The notes under the pieces: model-generated
Seen by the model: only the letters and a program-made list of their open reading frames with translations
Told to the model about the DNA's origin: nothing
Databases searched by the model: none
Assembly (NCBI GenBank): GCA_963805625.1
Contig: CAWDVE010000012.1
Coordinates: 64,001 to 128,000, forward strand
Direction of reading: 5' to 3'
DNA length: 64,000 bases
From: an uncultured Candidatus Rokubacteria bacterium
GTDB lineage: Bacteria > Methylomirabilota > Methylomirabilia > Rokubacteriales > DASRDR01
Shown: in pieces, positions 50,119-60,299 of the stretch
Layout: the number at the start of each line of letters is the position of its first letter
How positions within the stretch are numbered: position 1 is the first letter of the stretch
Position numbers and translations under genes: made by a program

Positions 50119-51011
50119 CGCCGTCGCGTTGGGACCACCTGAAGAACGACCAGACGGTGCTCGCCGCCCTCTTCCTGCTGCCGACGCTCCTCGTCCTCCT
50201 GGCCGTGGTCGTGTACCCGTTCTGCTCCGCCGTCTGGATCAGCTTCCAGGCCAAGCAGGCGGGGACGCCCGGGCGCTTCATCGGGCTCCAGAACTACGCC
50301 GAGCTGCTCGGCAACCAGGTCTTCTTCCAGATCGTCGGGAACACGATCTTCTACACGGGAATCGCCGTCGCCATCAAGTTCGCGCTCGGGCTCCTGGCGG
50401 CGCTCGTGCTCGCCCCCGAGCGCCGGCTCAACGGCCTTTACCGCACCGTCCTGTTCGTTCCCTGGGCGGTGCCAACGGTGATCGCCGCGCTCAACTGGCG
50501 CTGGGTCTACGACGAGTTCAGCGGCATGCTGAACAACGTGCTCCTCGCCCTCGGGCTCACGCAGAACGTCGTCGCCTGGCTGGCCGAGCCCCGGCTCGCG
50601 ATGTGGTGCGTGATCGCCGTCGCGGTGTGGACGGGGACCCCGTTCTACACGATGAGCTTCCTGGCGGGGCTCCAGGCCATCCCCAAGGAGCTCTACGAGG
50701 CCGCGCGGCTGGACGGCGCGTCCACGCTCCAGGAGTTCCTCCACGTGACCGTGCCTGGGATGCAGGCGATCTTCCTCATCACCGTCATGCTGTCGACCGT
50801 CTTCACCTCGACGAGCCTCGTGATCGTCAACGTCCTCACGAACGGCGCGCCGGCCGAGCGCACCAACATCCTGCCCAACTTCTCCTTCAACCTGGCCATG
50901 GGCACCGGCCGGCTCGGGATCGCGTCGGCCGTCAACATGATCTTCTTCCCGCTCCTCATCCTCGTCATCCTCGGGCTCAGCCGGCGGCTTCTGGCCGCGC
51001 GCGCGAGCTGA
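50115..51011 (+). CDS. Carbohydrate ABC transporter permease
   Basis: FIGLQNY, LAGLQAIPKELYEAARLDGA (EAA motif). Confidence 0.93.
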   Translation: MTPSRWDHLKNDQTVLAALFLLPTLLVLLAVVVYPFCSAVWISFQAKQAGTPGRFIGLQNYAELLGNQVFFQIVGNTIFYTGIAVAIKFALGLLAALVLAPERRLNGLYRTVLFVPWAVPTVIAALNWRWVYDEFSGMLNNVLLALGLTQNVVAWLAEPRLAMWCVIAVAVWTGTPFYTMSFLAGLQAIPKELYEAARLDGASTLQEFLHVTVPGMQAIFLITVMLSTVFTSTSLVIVNVLTNGAPAERTNILPNFSFNLAMGTGRLGIASAVNMIFFPLLILVILGLSRRLLAARAS

Positions 51012-51015
51012 CGGC

Positions 51016-51867
51016 ATGGCGGCGACGGCGAGCATGCGCGGGCTCCGGCGCGTGAGGGCGCTCGCCGCCTATGTCGTGCTCGCGATCCTGGCGGTGTGGA
51101 CGCTCGGCCCGCTCTACTGGATGGTCACGACCTCGCTCAAGACCAACCGAGAGGTCTACGGCACCTCGGCGACCCTGTGGCCGCGCGAGCCGACCCTGGC
51201 AAACTACCGGGTCCTGTTCACCAAGACGCCCTTCGCTGTCTACTTCCAGAACAGCACGGTCATCGCGCTGGCCACGACCGCCGTGACCGTCTTCACGAGC
51301 GCCTTCGGCGCCTATGCCCTCGTCCGCCTGCGTTTCCCGGGCCGCCGGCTCCTCGCGCGGGCCCTCGTCTACACGTACCTCGTGCCGCAGTCGCTCCTGT
51401 TCATTCCGCTCTTCACGATCCTGGTCAACACGGGGTTGTCGAACACGCGCACCGGGCTCGTCCTCACGTACCTCGGGTTCACGGTGCCCTTCTGCACCTG
51501 GCTCCTCATGGGGTACTTCCTGTCGGTGCCGGTGGAATTGGAGGAGGCCGGGCTCGTGGACGGCTGCAGCCGTCTCGGCGTGCTCTTCCGGATCGTGATG
51601 CCGGTCACCTTGCCGGCCCTCGCGGTGACGGCCTTCTTCTCGTTCACGCTGTCGTGGAACGAGTACCTCTACGCCTCGGTCTTCGTCTCCGACGTGAACG
51701 CCAAGACCATTCCCACCGGCATCCCGAGCTTCATCATCGAGGACGTCTTCTTCTGGGGACCGATGATGGCGTCGACCGTGCTGAGCGTGATCCCCCCGCT
51801 CGCCGTGTACTTCATCTTCCAGCGCTGGTTGCTCACCGGGCTCACCCTGGGCGCCGTCAAGGGCTGA
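51016..51867 (+). CDS. Carbohydrate ABC transporter permease
   Basis: VPVELEEAGLVDG, SWNEYLYA, GLTLGAVKG. Confidence 0.93.
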   Translation: MAATASMRGLRRVRALAAYVVLAILAVWTLGPLYWMVTTSLKTNREVYGTSATLWPREPTLANYRVLFTKTPFAVYFQNSTVIALATTAVTVFTSAFGAYALVRLRFPGRRLLARALVYTYLVPQSLLFIPLFTILVNTGLSNTRTGLVLTYLGFTVPFCTWLLMGYFLSVPVELEEAGLVDGCSRLGVLFRIVMPVTLPALAVTAFFSFTLSWNEYLYASVFVSDVNAKTIPTGIPSFIIEDVFFWGPMMASTVLSVIPPLAVYFIFQRWLLTGLTLGAVKG

Positions 51868-51908
51868 CGCCGCCCCGATCCTGAACTCCTGACGCGGAGG
51901 ACACTGTG

Positions 51909-53258
51909 ATGGAATCCCCGAAGCTCACCCGACGGACCCTCCTGCAGGTTGGCCTGAAGGCCGGGGCGGGCGCCGCGGCGTTCGCCACCACGACCAACAT
52001 CTTCACCCCGCTCAAGACCTTCGCCGCCCGCGACCAGAAGCTCATCTTCTGGCTCCAGCCAAACTTCAATCCGACGGCGGACAGGATCCTGGAGGACCAG
52101 ACGCGAGCCTTCGCGAAGCAGGCGGGGCTGAAGGACACGGAGCTCCAGATCCTCAAGGTGCCCGGCGGCGAGATCCCGACGCGGATGGCCGCCGCGCTCG
52201 AGGTGGGGGCGCCGCCCGACGTGACGCGGCTCGAGGAAGGCTACGTCGCGCGCATGCGGGCGCAGAAGGCGCTCCTCGACATCACCGACATCATGACCGA
52301 GATGAAAAAGGTCCCCGGCGGGGTGAATGCCTCGGTCATCCCGCTGACCGAGGACGGCGGCCGGAACTTCGCGGTGCCGATGGGGCTCAACCCCGAGGTC
52401 ATGCACGCCCGCATGGACCTCCTCGAGCAGGCCGGCTACAGCACGTTCCCCGAGACCTGGGAGAAGTTCGTGGAGGCCTCGCTCAAGATCAACAAGCCGC
52501 CGTTCTACGCTTACGGGATGGCCCTCGGCACGTCGCCCGGCAACGACAGCACCGAGGACATCATGGCTTGCGTGTGGGCGAACGGGGGCAACATCATCGA
52601 CAAGCAGAACAAGGTGGTCTTCAACTCGCCCGGGGCCGTGAAGGGGTTCCAACTGGTCAAGGACATGTACCTGAAGCACCAGATCATCCCGAAGGGGACG
52701 CTCAGCTGGGACAACTCCGGGAACAACAAGGCCTACCAGTCGAAGCAGGTCGCCTTCGTCTACAATCCGCCGAGCGTCTACTCCTACCTCCTCCAGGAGG
52801 ACAAGGAGACGGCGGCGAAGACCGGCCTCTTCCCTGCCCCCGGGGGACCGGGCGGCCGCGTGAAGCGCGTCTACGTCGACTACTACGGCGTCTTCAAGGC
52901 GAGCCCCTACCCCGACATCGCCAAGGGGCTCATTCGGTACTTCGTCGAGCCGAAGAACTACAACGAGTTCATCACGGGAACGGCCGGCCGTTACCTGCCG
53001 ACCTACCCGAAGCTCCTCGAGGATCCCTTCTGGGCGTCGAACAAGGCGTTCGCGGGCCTGGTCGATATCGGCAAGAACGGCGAGACCATCGCCCGCGAGG
53101 GTGTGATCACGGCCGCGCTCGGCGAGGTGGTCGCGCAGTCGCTCCTGGCGAAGTCGGTCCAGACCGTGCTGGTCAACAACGTCGACCCCGCGGAGGCCGT
53201 GGCCAAGGCCCACGCGGAGATCGTGGCGATCTATAAGCGGTTCAACGAGCCAGTCTAG
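51909..53258 (+). CDS. Extracellular solute-binding protein (CUT1 family) with Tat signal
   Basis: LTRRTLLQ twin-arginine signal, SBP_bac_1-like body, RBS GGAGG. Confidence 0.9.
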   Translation: MESPKLTRRTLLQVGLKAGAGAAAFATTTNIFTPLKTFAARDQKLIFWLQPNFNPTADRILEDQTRAFAKQAGLKDTELQILKVPGGEIPTRMAAALEVGAPPDVTRLEEGYVARMRAQKALLDITDIMTEMKKVPGGVNASVIPLTEDGGRNFAVPMGLNPEVMHARMDLLEQAGYSTFPETWEKFVEASLKINKPPFYAYGMALGTSPGNDSTEDIMACVWANGGNIIDKQNKVVFNSPGAVKGFQLVKDMYLKHQIIPKGTLSWDNSGNNKAYQSKQVAFVYNPPSVYSYLLQEDKETAAKTGLFPAPGGPGGRVKRVYVDYYGVFKASPYPDIAKGLIRYFVEPKNYNEFITGTAGRYLPTYPKLLEDPFWASNKAFAGLVDIGKNGETIAREGVITAALGEVVAQSLLAKSVQTVLVNNVDPAEAVAKAHAEIVAIYKRFNEPV

Positions 53259-53366
53259 TCCTGGATCGGCCGCGGCCGACTGCCGCGTGACCCTCGCCGT
53301 GTCCCGCTCCGACCGGTGCTCCACGCCGGCGGAGCGGGGCACGGGCGGGCTGCGCGGTCCGAGGAG

Positions 53367-55094
53367 ATGCGGGTGCTCGATCTCGTGATCACGGGCGGCG
53401 TGGTGCTCGACGGCACCGGCGCGCCCGCCGTTCCGTCCGACCTCGAGGTGGCAGGCGGGCGAATCGTCGAGATCGGACGCCTCACGAGCGTCCGCGCGAC
53501 GCGGACGATCCGGGCCGACGGGCGGATCGTCTGCCCCGGCTTCATCGACATGCACGCCCACGACGACTTCAACCTGCCGGTGAACCCGCTCGCCGCCGAG
53601 AAGACCCGGCAGGGCGTGACGACCCTCGTCACGGGCAACTGCGGGCTCTCGCCGGCCCCGCTGGGCCGTGAGCATCGCCCGGCCGTCCTGGACGCCGTCG
53701 ACACGCTCGACAGCGGACTCGACTACGACTGGCCGACGTTCGGCGAGTTCCTGGACCGGATGCCGCCCCTCGGCCTGAACGCGGCGACCCTCGTCGGCCA
53801 CGGGACCGTGCGTACGGCGGTCCTCGGCGACGAGTCCCGGGCGCCCCGCCCCGACGAGCTCCGGCGGATGGCGGCGCTCGTCGAAGAGGCGATGGCGGCG
53901 GGGGCCTTCGGCCTGTCGACCGGGCTCTTCGGGCCGCCGTCCGGGTATGCGGCGACGGACGAGGTCGTCGCCCTCGCCCGCGTGGCGGCGCGCTACGGGG
54001 GCGGCTACCACACCCACATGCGGGACGAGGGCGTGCACATCGCCGAGGCCGTGCGCGAGGCGCTCGAGATCGGCGAGCGCGCGGGCTGCCCCGTCCAGAT
54101 CTCGCACCTCAAGATCTCGAGCCTCGACCGCTGGGGCCGGGCGCCCGAGTTGCTCGTCACGATCGGCGAGGCCCGCCGCCGGGGGCTCCGGGTCGCCTGC
54201 GACCAGTATCCGTACCACGCGTCAAGCGGCGGGCTCCGCGACCATCTGCCGGCATGGGTCCACGCGGGCGGGCTGCCCGCGCTCCTCGGCCGGCTCCGGG
54301 ACCCGGCCCGCCGCGCCCGGCTCCGCTATGACCTCGTCGAGGGGATGGCGAAGGCCGGCATCTCGCTTCGCTTCTACCGCTGGGACCTGACGCGCGTCAG
54401 CGAGTCCCCGACGCGCCCGGACTACGCCGGGCTCACGCTGGCCGAGATCGGCGCGCGGGAAGGTCAGGCGCCGGTGGACGCGCTCCTCGACCTTCTCCTG
54501 GCCGACGGCGGCCGCACGGGCGGGATCTACTTCCACATCGACGAGGGGGACGTGCGCACCATCATGCGCGACCCGCACGTCGGCGTCGGCTCGGACGGCC
54601 TCTACACCGGCCGCCCGGGTCACCCGGCGCGGGGGCGTCCGCATCCGCGGCACTTCGGCACCTTCCCGCGCGTCCTCGGCCGCTACACGCGCGACGAGGG
54701 CCTCCTCGCGCTCCCGGAGGCGATCCGCAAGATGACCTCGCTGTCGGCCGACGTGCTGGGGCTCGCCGATCGCGGCCGGATCCGGGAGGGCGCGGCGGCC
54801 GACCTCGTCGTGTTCGACCCGTCGACGATCGCGGACCGCGCCACGTTCGAGACGCCTCACCAGCCGCCGGTGGGGATCGCGGCGGTGATCGTCAACGGGG
54901 TGCCCGTCGTGCTCGACGGCGAGCCTACCGGGGTCACGCCGGGACACGTCCTCCGACACGGCCGTCCCAGTCGGCCGGGGTGGCTGACTGGTCGTCGAGC
55001 CTCAAGTCATCCAGATCCTTCGGGACCTGATCGAGCACGGGCCGCTGGAGATGCCGTGCGAGAGCCCAGTCCTGGACGACCGTCCGCCAGGTGA
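53367..55094 (+). CDS. N-acyl-D-amino-acid deacylase (D-aminoacylase)
   Basis: PGFIDMHAHDD, GVTTLVTGNCG, HTHMRDE, QISHLK, HPRHFGTFPRVLG. Confidence 0.92.
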   Translation: MRVLDLVITGGVVLDGTGAPAVPSDLEVAGGRIVEIGRLTSVRATRTIRADGRIVCPGFIDMHAHDDFNLPVNPLAAEKTRQGVTTLVTGNCGLSPAPLGREHRPAVLDAVDTLDSGLDYDWPTFGEFLDRMPPLGLNAATLVGHGTVRTAVLGDESRAPRPDELRRMAALVEEAMAAGAFGLSTGLFGPPSGYAATDEVVALARVAARYGGGYHTHMRDEGVHIAEAVREALEIGERAGCPVQISHLKISSLDRWGRAPELLVTIGEARRRGLRVACDQYPYHASSGGLRDHLPAWVHAGGLPALLGRLRDPARRARLRYDLVEGMAKAGISLRFYRWDLTRVSESPTRPDYAGLTLAEIGAREGQAPVDALLDLLLADGGRTGGIYFHIDEGDVRTIMRDPHVGVGSDGLYTGRPGHPARGRPHPRHFGTFPRVLGRYTRDEGLLALPEAIRKMTSLSADVLGLADRGRIREGAAADLVVFDPSTIADRATFETPHQPPVGIAAVIVNGVPVVLDGEPTGVTPGHVLRHGRPSRPGWLTGRRASSHPDPSGPDRARAAGDAVREPSPGRPSAR

Positions 55095-55379
55095 TGGCGG
55101 CCACATCCCTGCCGCACAGGTGGTCCCTTACAGCACCACCGAGCGGATTTCGCTGAAGGGCGCGATCGCGGCGCAGGTCTGGCTCCGCGAGGTGGTGGAG
55201 ATCCGCGCCGGCGCATAGCCGGGCACCCCGGCGCGCTTGAAGGAACGTCGTCACCTGGGCGGCGGTGGGACTCGACGGGCGGCGCCGCGCCGAGCCGCGT
55301 CCTCTGCCGAGGGCGTGCGGTCGACGAGGCCGCGGGCTGAGTCCGGACCCCGACCCGGCGGCGGTGCGCCGAACGTCGG

Positions 55380-56792
55380 CTAGCGTCGGGGCCAACGCCC
55401 CGGGGTGCCGAGACCGAGCCGCGCGGCCATGTGCCCGGCCGACGCGCGCGCCTCGGCGATCACCTCCGTCTCACTGACCCGTGTCGAGCGGCCGCCCTTC
55501 AGCACCACCTGGCCGTTGACCAGCACCGTGTCGGCGGTGGGGCCGTGCCCCAGGGTGACGAGCTGGTGCGCGGGGTCGAGCCCGGGACCGAGCTCCACCG
55601 CGTCGCGCTGCCGTACCACGAGGTCGGCGCGCTTGCCCGGCTCGAGGCTGCCGAGGAGTCGGTCGAGGCCCGCAGCGCGCGCGGCCCCGAGCGTCACCAT
55701 CTCGATGGCGTCCTCCGAGGCGAGCGGCTGGCCGGCCTCGGCCGCTAGGTGGACCGCGAGGAACGGGGCGTCGCCGACCGTGCTCTGGCGCGCCGAGTCG
55801 GTGCCGAGCGCGACGTGCGCGCCCCGGCGCCGTATCTCCGGGATGCGCGTCGGCAGTCGGAGCGGCGTGCCCTTCTGGAGGTAGGCGAGCGGGCACCAGA
55901 CGATCGACAGGCCGGAGGCGAGGATCGGCTCGACGTCCTCATCCCGGATCACGTTCATGTGGACGAAGGTCGCGTTCGGCCCGAGCACGCCCAGCTCCCG
56001 GAGGTGGACGAACCGGGGGCGCCCCAGGCGCGCCTCCATGGCCGCGGCCATGTCGAGATCGTAGCCGAGGTGGGAGTTGACGATGACGCCTTCGCGGTCG
56101 GCGAGGGCCTTGGCCGCCTGCAGGAGCTCGTCGGAGGCCGTGCCCTCGCCGTATAGCGCGACGTGGCCGTGGACGATGGCGTCGGGATCCCGGTTGCGAT
56201 GGAGCTGGCCTCCCAGGAGCTTGAGCGACCGCTCGCGGGTCGGCGGCACGCGCGCGAACAGGCTCGGGCTCTTCAGACCCGCGATCAGGTCCATCAGCGA
56301 GGGGTCGTCCCAGAGATACGGATCGGCGAGGGAGCACCGGACGCCGGTGGCCTCGGCGGCGGCGGCGATGGCGTCCGGCTCGAACGCACTGCCCGGCTCC
56401 ACGAAGGCGGTGTAGCCGTGGCGCAGGAGCTCGAGACACCCGAGCGCGGCCGCCGCCTGCTCATCTTCCAGCCGGAGCGCGGCCTTCCAGTCGGCGTAGT
56501 TCGGCCCCGCCCCGCCGCCCCGGCTGCTGTCCCCCTGGAAGAAGCCCCGGCAGGTCTGGGCGTTGATGTGGAGATGGGCATCGATGAACCCCGGGTGCAC
56601 GATCCCGCCACCGGCGTCGAGGACGCGCGGCGCACGCCAGCGCAGCAGCAGCTCCCTCTCCGGCCCGACCGCGACGATCGTGTGGCCTCGCACCGCGACG
56701 GCTCCGGTGGAGTAGATCGTGCGTCGGGCGTCGAGCGTCAGGACCTGCGCCCCCTTCAGGATCAGGTCACAGGGCTCCGGAGCGGTGGTCAG
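55380..56792 (-). CDS. Amidohydrolase (SsnA/MTA-SAH deaminase-like), probable CTG start
   Basis: PGFIDAHLH, FVHMN, ALGTD, GSLEPGKRADLVV. The conserved N-terminus DLILKGAQVLTLD lies upstream of the first ATG/GTG. Confidence 0.85.
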   Translation of the reverse strand: MTTAPEPCDLILKGAQVLTLDARRTIYSTGAVAVRGHTIVAVGPERELLLRWRAPRVLDAGGGIVHPGFIDAHLHINAQTCRGFFQGDSSRGGGAGPNYADWKAALRLEDEQAAAALGCLELLRHGYTAFVEPGSAFEPDAIAAAAEATGVRCSLADPYLWDDPSLMDLIAGLKSPSLFARVPPTRERSLKLLGGQLHRNRDPDAIVHGHVALYGEGTASDELLQAAKALADREGVIVNSHLGYDLDMAAAMEARLGRPRFVHLRELGVLGPNATFVHMNVIRDEDVEPILASGLSIVWCPLAYLQKGTPLRLPTRIPEIRRRGAHVALGTDSARQSTVGDAPFLAVHLAAEAGQPLASEDAIEMVTLGAARAAGLDRLLGSLEPGKRADLVVRQRDAVELGPGLDPAHQLVTLGHGPTADTVLVNGQVVLKGGRSTRVSETEVIAEARASAGHMAARLGLGTPGRWPRR

Positions 56793-56822
56793 GCGGGTGC
56801 TCCTCGCTCCGGCGAGACCGCG

Positions 56823-57950
56823 TCAGGCGCTCACGCCCGGCGGGGCGTTGCGGCCCCAGCGCTCGAGGATGTCCAGGTCGACCTCGACGCCCAGACCCGG
56901 GCCCTCCGGCGGATAGGCGTAGCCGCCCTCGATGCGGAGCGGATGGGTCAGGAGGTCCTCGGCATGATAGAGGACGCCGCAGGTGTCGCTGTCGGGCCCG
57001 AGGTTCGGCATGGCGACGCCGAGGTGGATCTGGGCTGCGGTGCCGATGCCGAACTCGGGCATGCTGCCGATCATGCACGGCATGCCGGCCGCCTCGCAGA
57101 GGGTGAAGATGCGGCTCGCGTTCAGGAGGCCGCCGGCCTCGGTGACGTAGACGTTGGCGATGTCGGCGGCGCCGCGCCGGATGACCTCCATCGCGTCCCG
57201 CGGGGTGCGGATGCTCTCGTCGGCCATCAGCGGCACCCCGATCGCCCGGCGCACCTCCGCCATGGCGTCGAGCTCGCGCGGCGGGAGCGGCTGTTCGACC
57301 AGCTCGAGGTCCCACCGCTCCATCGCGCGGATGAGGCGAATGGCCTCCTTCGCGGTCGGCCAGGCCATGTTGGCGTCGACGCGGAGGCGCACTCCCGGCC
57401 CGATCGCCTCACGCACCCGCTCGACGGCCTCGACGTCCCGCGCCGGGTCGTTCCCGACCTTCACCTTGATCGTGCGATGCCCCTCGCCGACGCGCTCGCG
57501 GGCGTACTCGGCCATCGCCTTGGGCTCGCCGAACGGCACCGAGTAGCTGAGCGGGATGCGCTCGCGCACCAGGCCGCCGAGGAGCGTGTAGGCCGGTGTG
57601 CCGAGGGCCTTCCCCAGGATGTCCCAGAGCGCCATCTCGATCCCGGCCTTCGCCTCCTCCACGCCGTCGAGCGCGCGGTCCATCTTCTGGACGAGGTGGG
57701 CGATACGGCGCGGATCCTCGCCGATCACCGCGGGGGCGAGCACCGCCTCGACGTCTCGCGCCAAGAGACGCCCGCGCCGCTTGAACACGGACGAGATCTC
57801 GCCGACGCCGGTCACGCCGGCGTCCGTGTCGACGAACACGATGGCGTGCTCCGACACCGCCGCGAGCCCAAGCGCGGTGCGGGACGCGCCACCATACGCC
57901 GGCCGACGCGGCCCCCACACCACCACCGTGCGGACGGCGGCGATCCTCAT
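56823..57950 (-). CDS. Mandelate racemase/muconate lactonizing (enolase superfamily) enzyme
   Basis: GIEMALWDILGK, IKVKVG, RVDANM, VEQP, MADES, PEGPGLGVEVD. Confidence 0.92.
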   Translation of the reverse strand: MRIAAVRTVVVWGPRRPAYGGASRTALGLAAVSEHAIVFVDTDAGVTGVGEISSVFKRRGRLLARDVEAVLAPAVIGEDPRRIAHLVQKMDRALDGVEEAKAGIEMALWDILGKALGTPAYTLLGGLVRERIPLSYSVPFGEPKAMAEYARERVGEGHRTIKVKVGNDPARDVEAVERVREAIGPGVRLRVDANMAWPTAKEAIRLIRAMERWDLELVEQPLPPRELDAMAEVRRAIGVPLMADESIRTPRDAMEVIRRGAADIANVYVTEAGGLLNASRIFTLCEAAGMPCMIGSMPEFGIGTAAQIHLGVAMPNLGPDSDTCGVLYHAEDLLTHPLRIEGGYAYPPEGPGLGVEVDLDILERWGRNAPPGVSA

Positions 57951-58005
57951 CGCGCCCGCCATTCGATCGCGTCGTCGGAGACTGGCGGCCGGCGCGCCGG
58001 CCGCG

Positions 58006-58344
58006 TCACACACCTTCCTGGGGCGCGCCGTCGCCGGGACCGTCCTCGTCCAGTTCCGAGGGGTCGGGGTCCATCGCATCCGGATACTTCACCGGCACGT
58101 TCTGCGCGACCCACAGCTTCCAGTCGCTCCACGCGTGGTCGAGCTCGTGGAGGAACGCCCCGCGCTTCTCGGCGGGCGGGAGGCGACGATCCACGACGAT
58201 CGTCCGCGTATCCACGTCCCACTCGGCGGCGCGATCATCCTTGTCGGGCGTGCCCTGGACGACCGAGATCTCGTACCCGAACGGGAACTCGAACCTCCGC
58301 GGAAGCCGATAGATGAGACTCTTGACCGGAGCGGGTTCAGTCAT
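58006..58344 (-). CDS. Small HExxH protein (ImmA/IrrE-like or mini-zincin)
   Basis: RTIVVDRRLPPAEKRGAFLHELDH. Confidence 0.6.
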   Translation of the reverse strand: MTEPAPVKSLIYRLPRRFEFPFGYEISVVQGTPDKDDRAAEWDVDTRTIVVDRRLPPAEKRGAFLHELDHAWSDWKLWVAQNVPVKYPDAMDPDPSELDEDGPGDGAPQEGV

Positions 58345-58798
58345 TCCCGGTGTGTTCCTTCCCCTCGCGAGGGCCGCCCGCCGCGCTCGCTCATCTTGCC
58401 CCGTCAGACCCCGCGCGGCGGCGGTGAGCTGTTTCCCCTTGAGCCTCCACGCCCGCCGAGAACCACGGCGCGGGGACTCTTCCACTGCGGTCGCCCGGCC
58501 ACTGGGCCGTCGAGTCGCCCCGCGCAACACCTTTCAGGGCCTTCGACTCAACCCTATGATCATAGGCCACCTCGGGCTCTCGTTTCCTGGCGGATTTAGC
58601 GAGCATTTACAGTAGCTTACACGGTTGTCCCGGGTAAGTGCTGCTCGGGCCACGTCCCGACCCTCCCCCGACACCAGCGGGCTCGGACACCCCCCACACG
58701 CTGAAGGCGGGATCCTCGGGGACTCGCACGGTGGGCCCAAGCCGGCGCCGGACGATAACCCGGACCTTTCGAGATGGCGCGGACGTGAGCATGAGGCT

Positions 58799-58842
58799 TG
58801 GCGCGCCTGAAGGGAATCGAACTCGGACCCACGGCTTAGAAG
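58799..58842 (-). pseudogene. 3' half of tRNA-Arg(TCT), degenerate; att-like remnant
   Basis: Minus strand CTTCTAAGCCGTGGGTCCGAGTTCGATTCCCTTCAGGCGCGCCA: anticodon loop, TTCGA T-loop, CCA end; no D-arm or 5' half. Confidence 0.7.
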
Positions 58843-59144
58843 CTCCGATCCGGGCGCGACGCCCCCAGCGTCCTCGGGCCAACCCCATGATAGTACGCAC
58901 TCGCGGCCTCACGGCCTTTGGGGCGAGTTGGGGCCCGTTGGCCCTGGTTCCCGGACAGAACCCGGACAGTAACCGGGCCAATCCGATCTCGTCGCGACCA
59001 ACCGTCTGACCCCCGAGACTCCTCGACCCGCGCCCTAGCTCCGACCAGATCGAGGTCCAGTCATCCGGGGCCGGGGGGTCATTTGACGCGGTCCAGCACC
59101 TCCCGGTACGCTCCTGCCGTCCCTTCCGTCGAGCTGGGGGTGCG

Positions 59145-60299
59145 ATGACGCTCACGCTCCGCGTCATTACAGTCGCGATCCTTACCCGTCTCACTTCGCC
59201 GTTCCGCGGGGAGGCCGAGCGATGCTTCTGTTTCGGCGCCGCCTTCGCCGGCGGTTCGCCAAAATCCCCACCCCGCCGCGCCGTCACGCTGCCTCAGCCG
59301 GAGGCGCGCGCGAGAATCTCTCGGCTCCGCGGCACAGTCATCCTCGCGCTCGGCCTCCTCCTCGCGGCGCCCGCCGCCGCGCAATACCCGGGCAAGGTGT
59401 ACCGGATTGGGATGCTGCTTCACACGGACAATCCGTCCGATTCCGCCCGAATCGCCTTCCGGGAGGGTCTCCGGGCGCTCGGCTGGGTCGAGGGCCAGAA
59501 CTACATGCTCGAGCCCCGGTTCGCGGAAGGGCAGGCGGACCGGTTTCCGGCCCTCGCCGCCGAGCTCGTCCAGCTCAAGGTGGACGTCATTGTCACCGCC
59601 GGCCCTCCACCGACCCGAGCGGCCAAGGATGCGACGAAGACGATTCCCATCGTCATGGCGACCCACGGCGACCCGGTCGGGCACGGCGCCGTGGCCAGCC
59701 TGGCGCGACCCGGCGGCAACATCACCGGCCTCAGCAGCATGGCCGGCGACCTGGAGACGAAGCGGCTCGAGCTGCTGAAGGGGATCGTGCCCGGGGCGGT
59801 CCGCGTTGCATACCTCTGGGTGGCGCCCGTCACGAACGTAGACCCGTGGCTGGTCCGGAGCGGTGTCGGCGCGGCGGCCCGCACGCTGGGCGTTCAGCTC
59901 CAGCACGTCGGGGCGCGTGATGCCAGCGACCTTGACGCCGCCTTTCCGGCCATGACGCGTGACCGTATCGACGCGGTCGTCGTCTCGAACCAGCCGTTCC
60001 AGTACGCCCACCGCGCCCGGATCACGGAGCTGGCGGCAAAGTACCGCCTACCGGCGATGTACGAGATCCGGGACTATCCCGACGTCGGCGGGCTCATCTC
60101 GTACGGCACGTACTTCCCTGAACTCTTCCGCCGCGCCGCGAGCTACGTCGACAAGGTCCTGAAGGGCGCCAAGCCCGCCGACCTGCCCATCGAGCCGCCC
60201 ACGAAGTTTGAGCTAGTTGTGAACCTCAGGACGGCCAAGGCCCTCGGGTTGACGATCCCCCCAGCGGTCCTGCGGCAGGCCGACGAGATCATCGAGTGA
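59145..60299 (+). CDS. ABC transporter substrate-binding protein (ABC_sub_bind type), unit 1; start uncertain
   Basis: [56 protein letters not shown]. Confidence 0.85.
   Translation: MTLTLRVITVAILTRLTSPFRGEAERCFCFGAAFAGGSPKSPPRRAVTLPQPEARARISRLRGTVILALGLLLAAPAAAQYPGKVYRIGMLLHTDNPSDSARIAFREGLRALGWVEGQNYMLEPRFAEGQADRFPALAAELVQLKVDVIVTAGPPPTRAAKDATKTIPIVMATHGDPVGHGAVASLARPGGNITGLSSMAGDLETKRLELLKGIVPGAVRVAYLWVAPVTNVDPWLVRSGVGAAARTLGVQLQHVGARDASDLDAAFPAMTRDRIDAVVVSNQPFQYAHRARITELAAKYRLPAMYEIRDYPDVGGLISYGTYFPELFRRAASYVDKVLKGAKPADLPIEPPTKFELVVNLRTAKALGLTIPPAVLRQADEIIE

Noticed and set aside
51669-54218. 849-aa minus-strand ORF (similarly the 717-aa plus-strand ORF at 56163-58316)
   Set aside because: Antisense to well-supported genes; codon-bias artefact.
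58799-58875. Functional tRNA gene
   Set aside because: The 5' acceptor strand and D-arm are absent and the T-stem does not pair.
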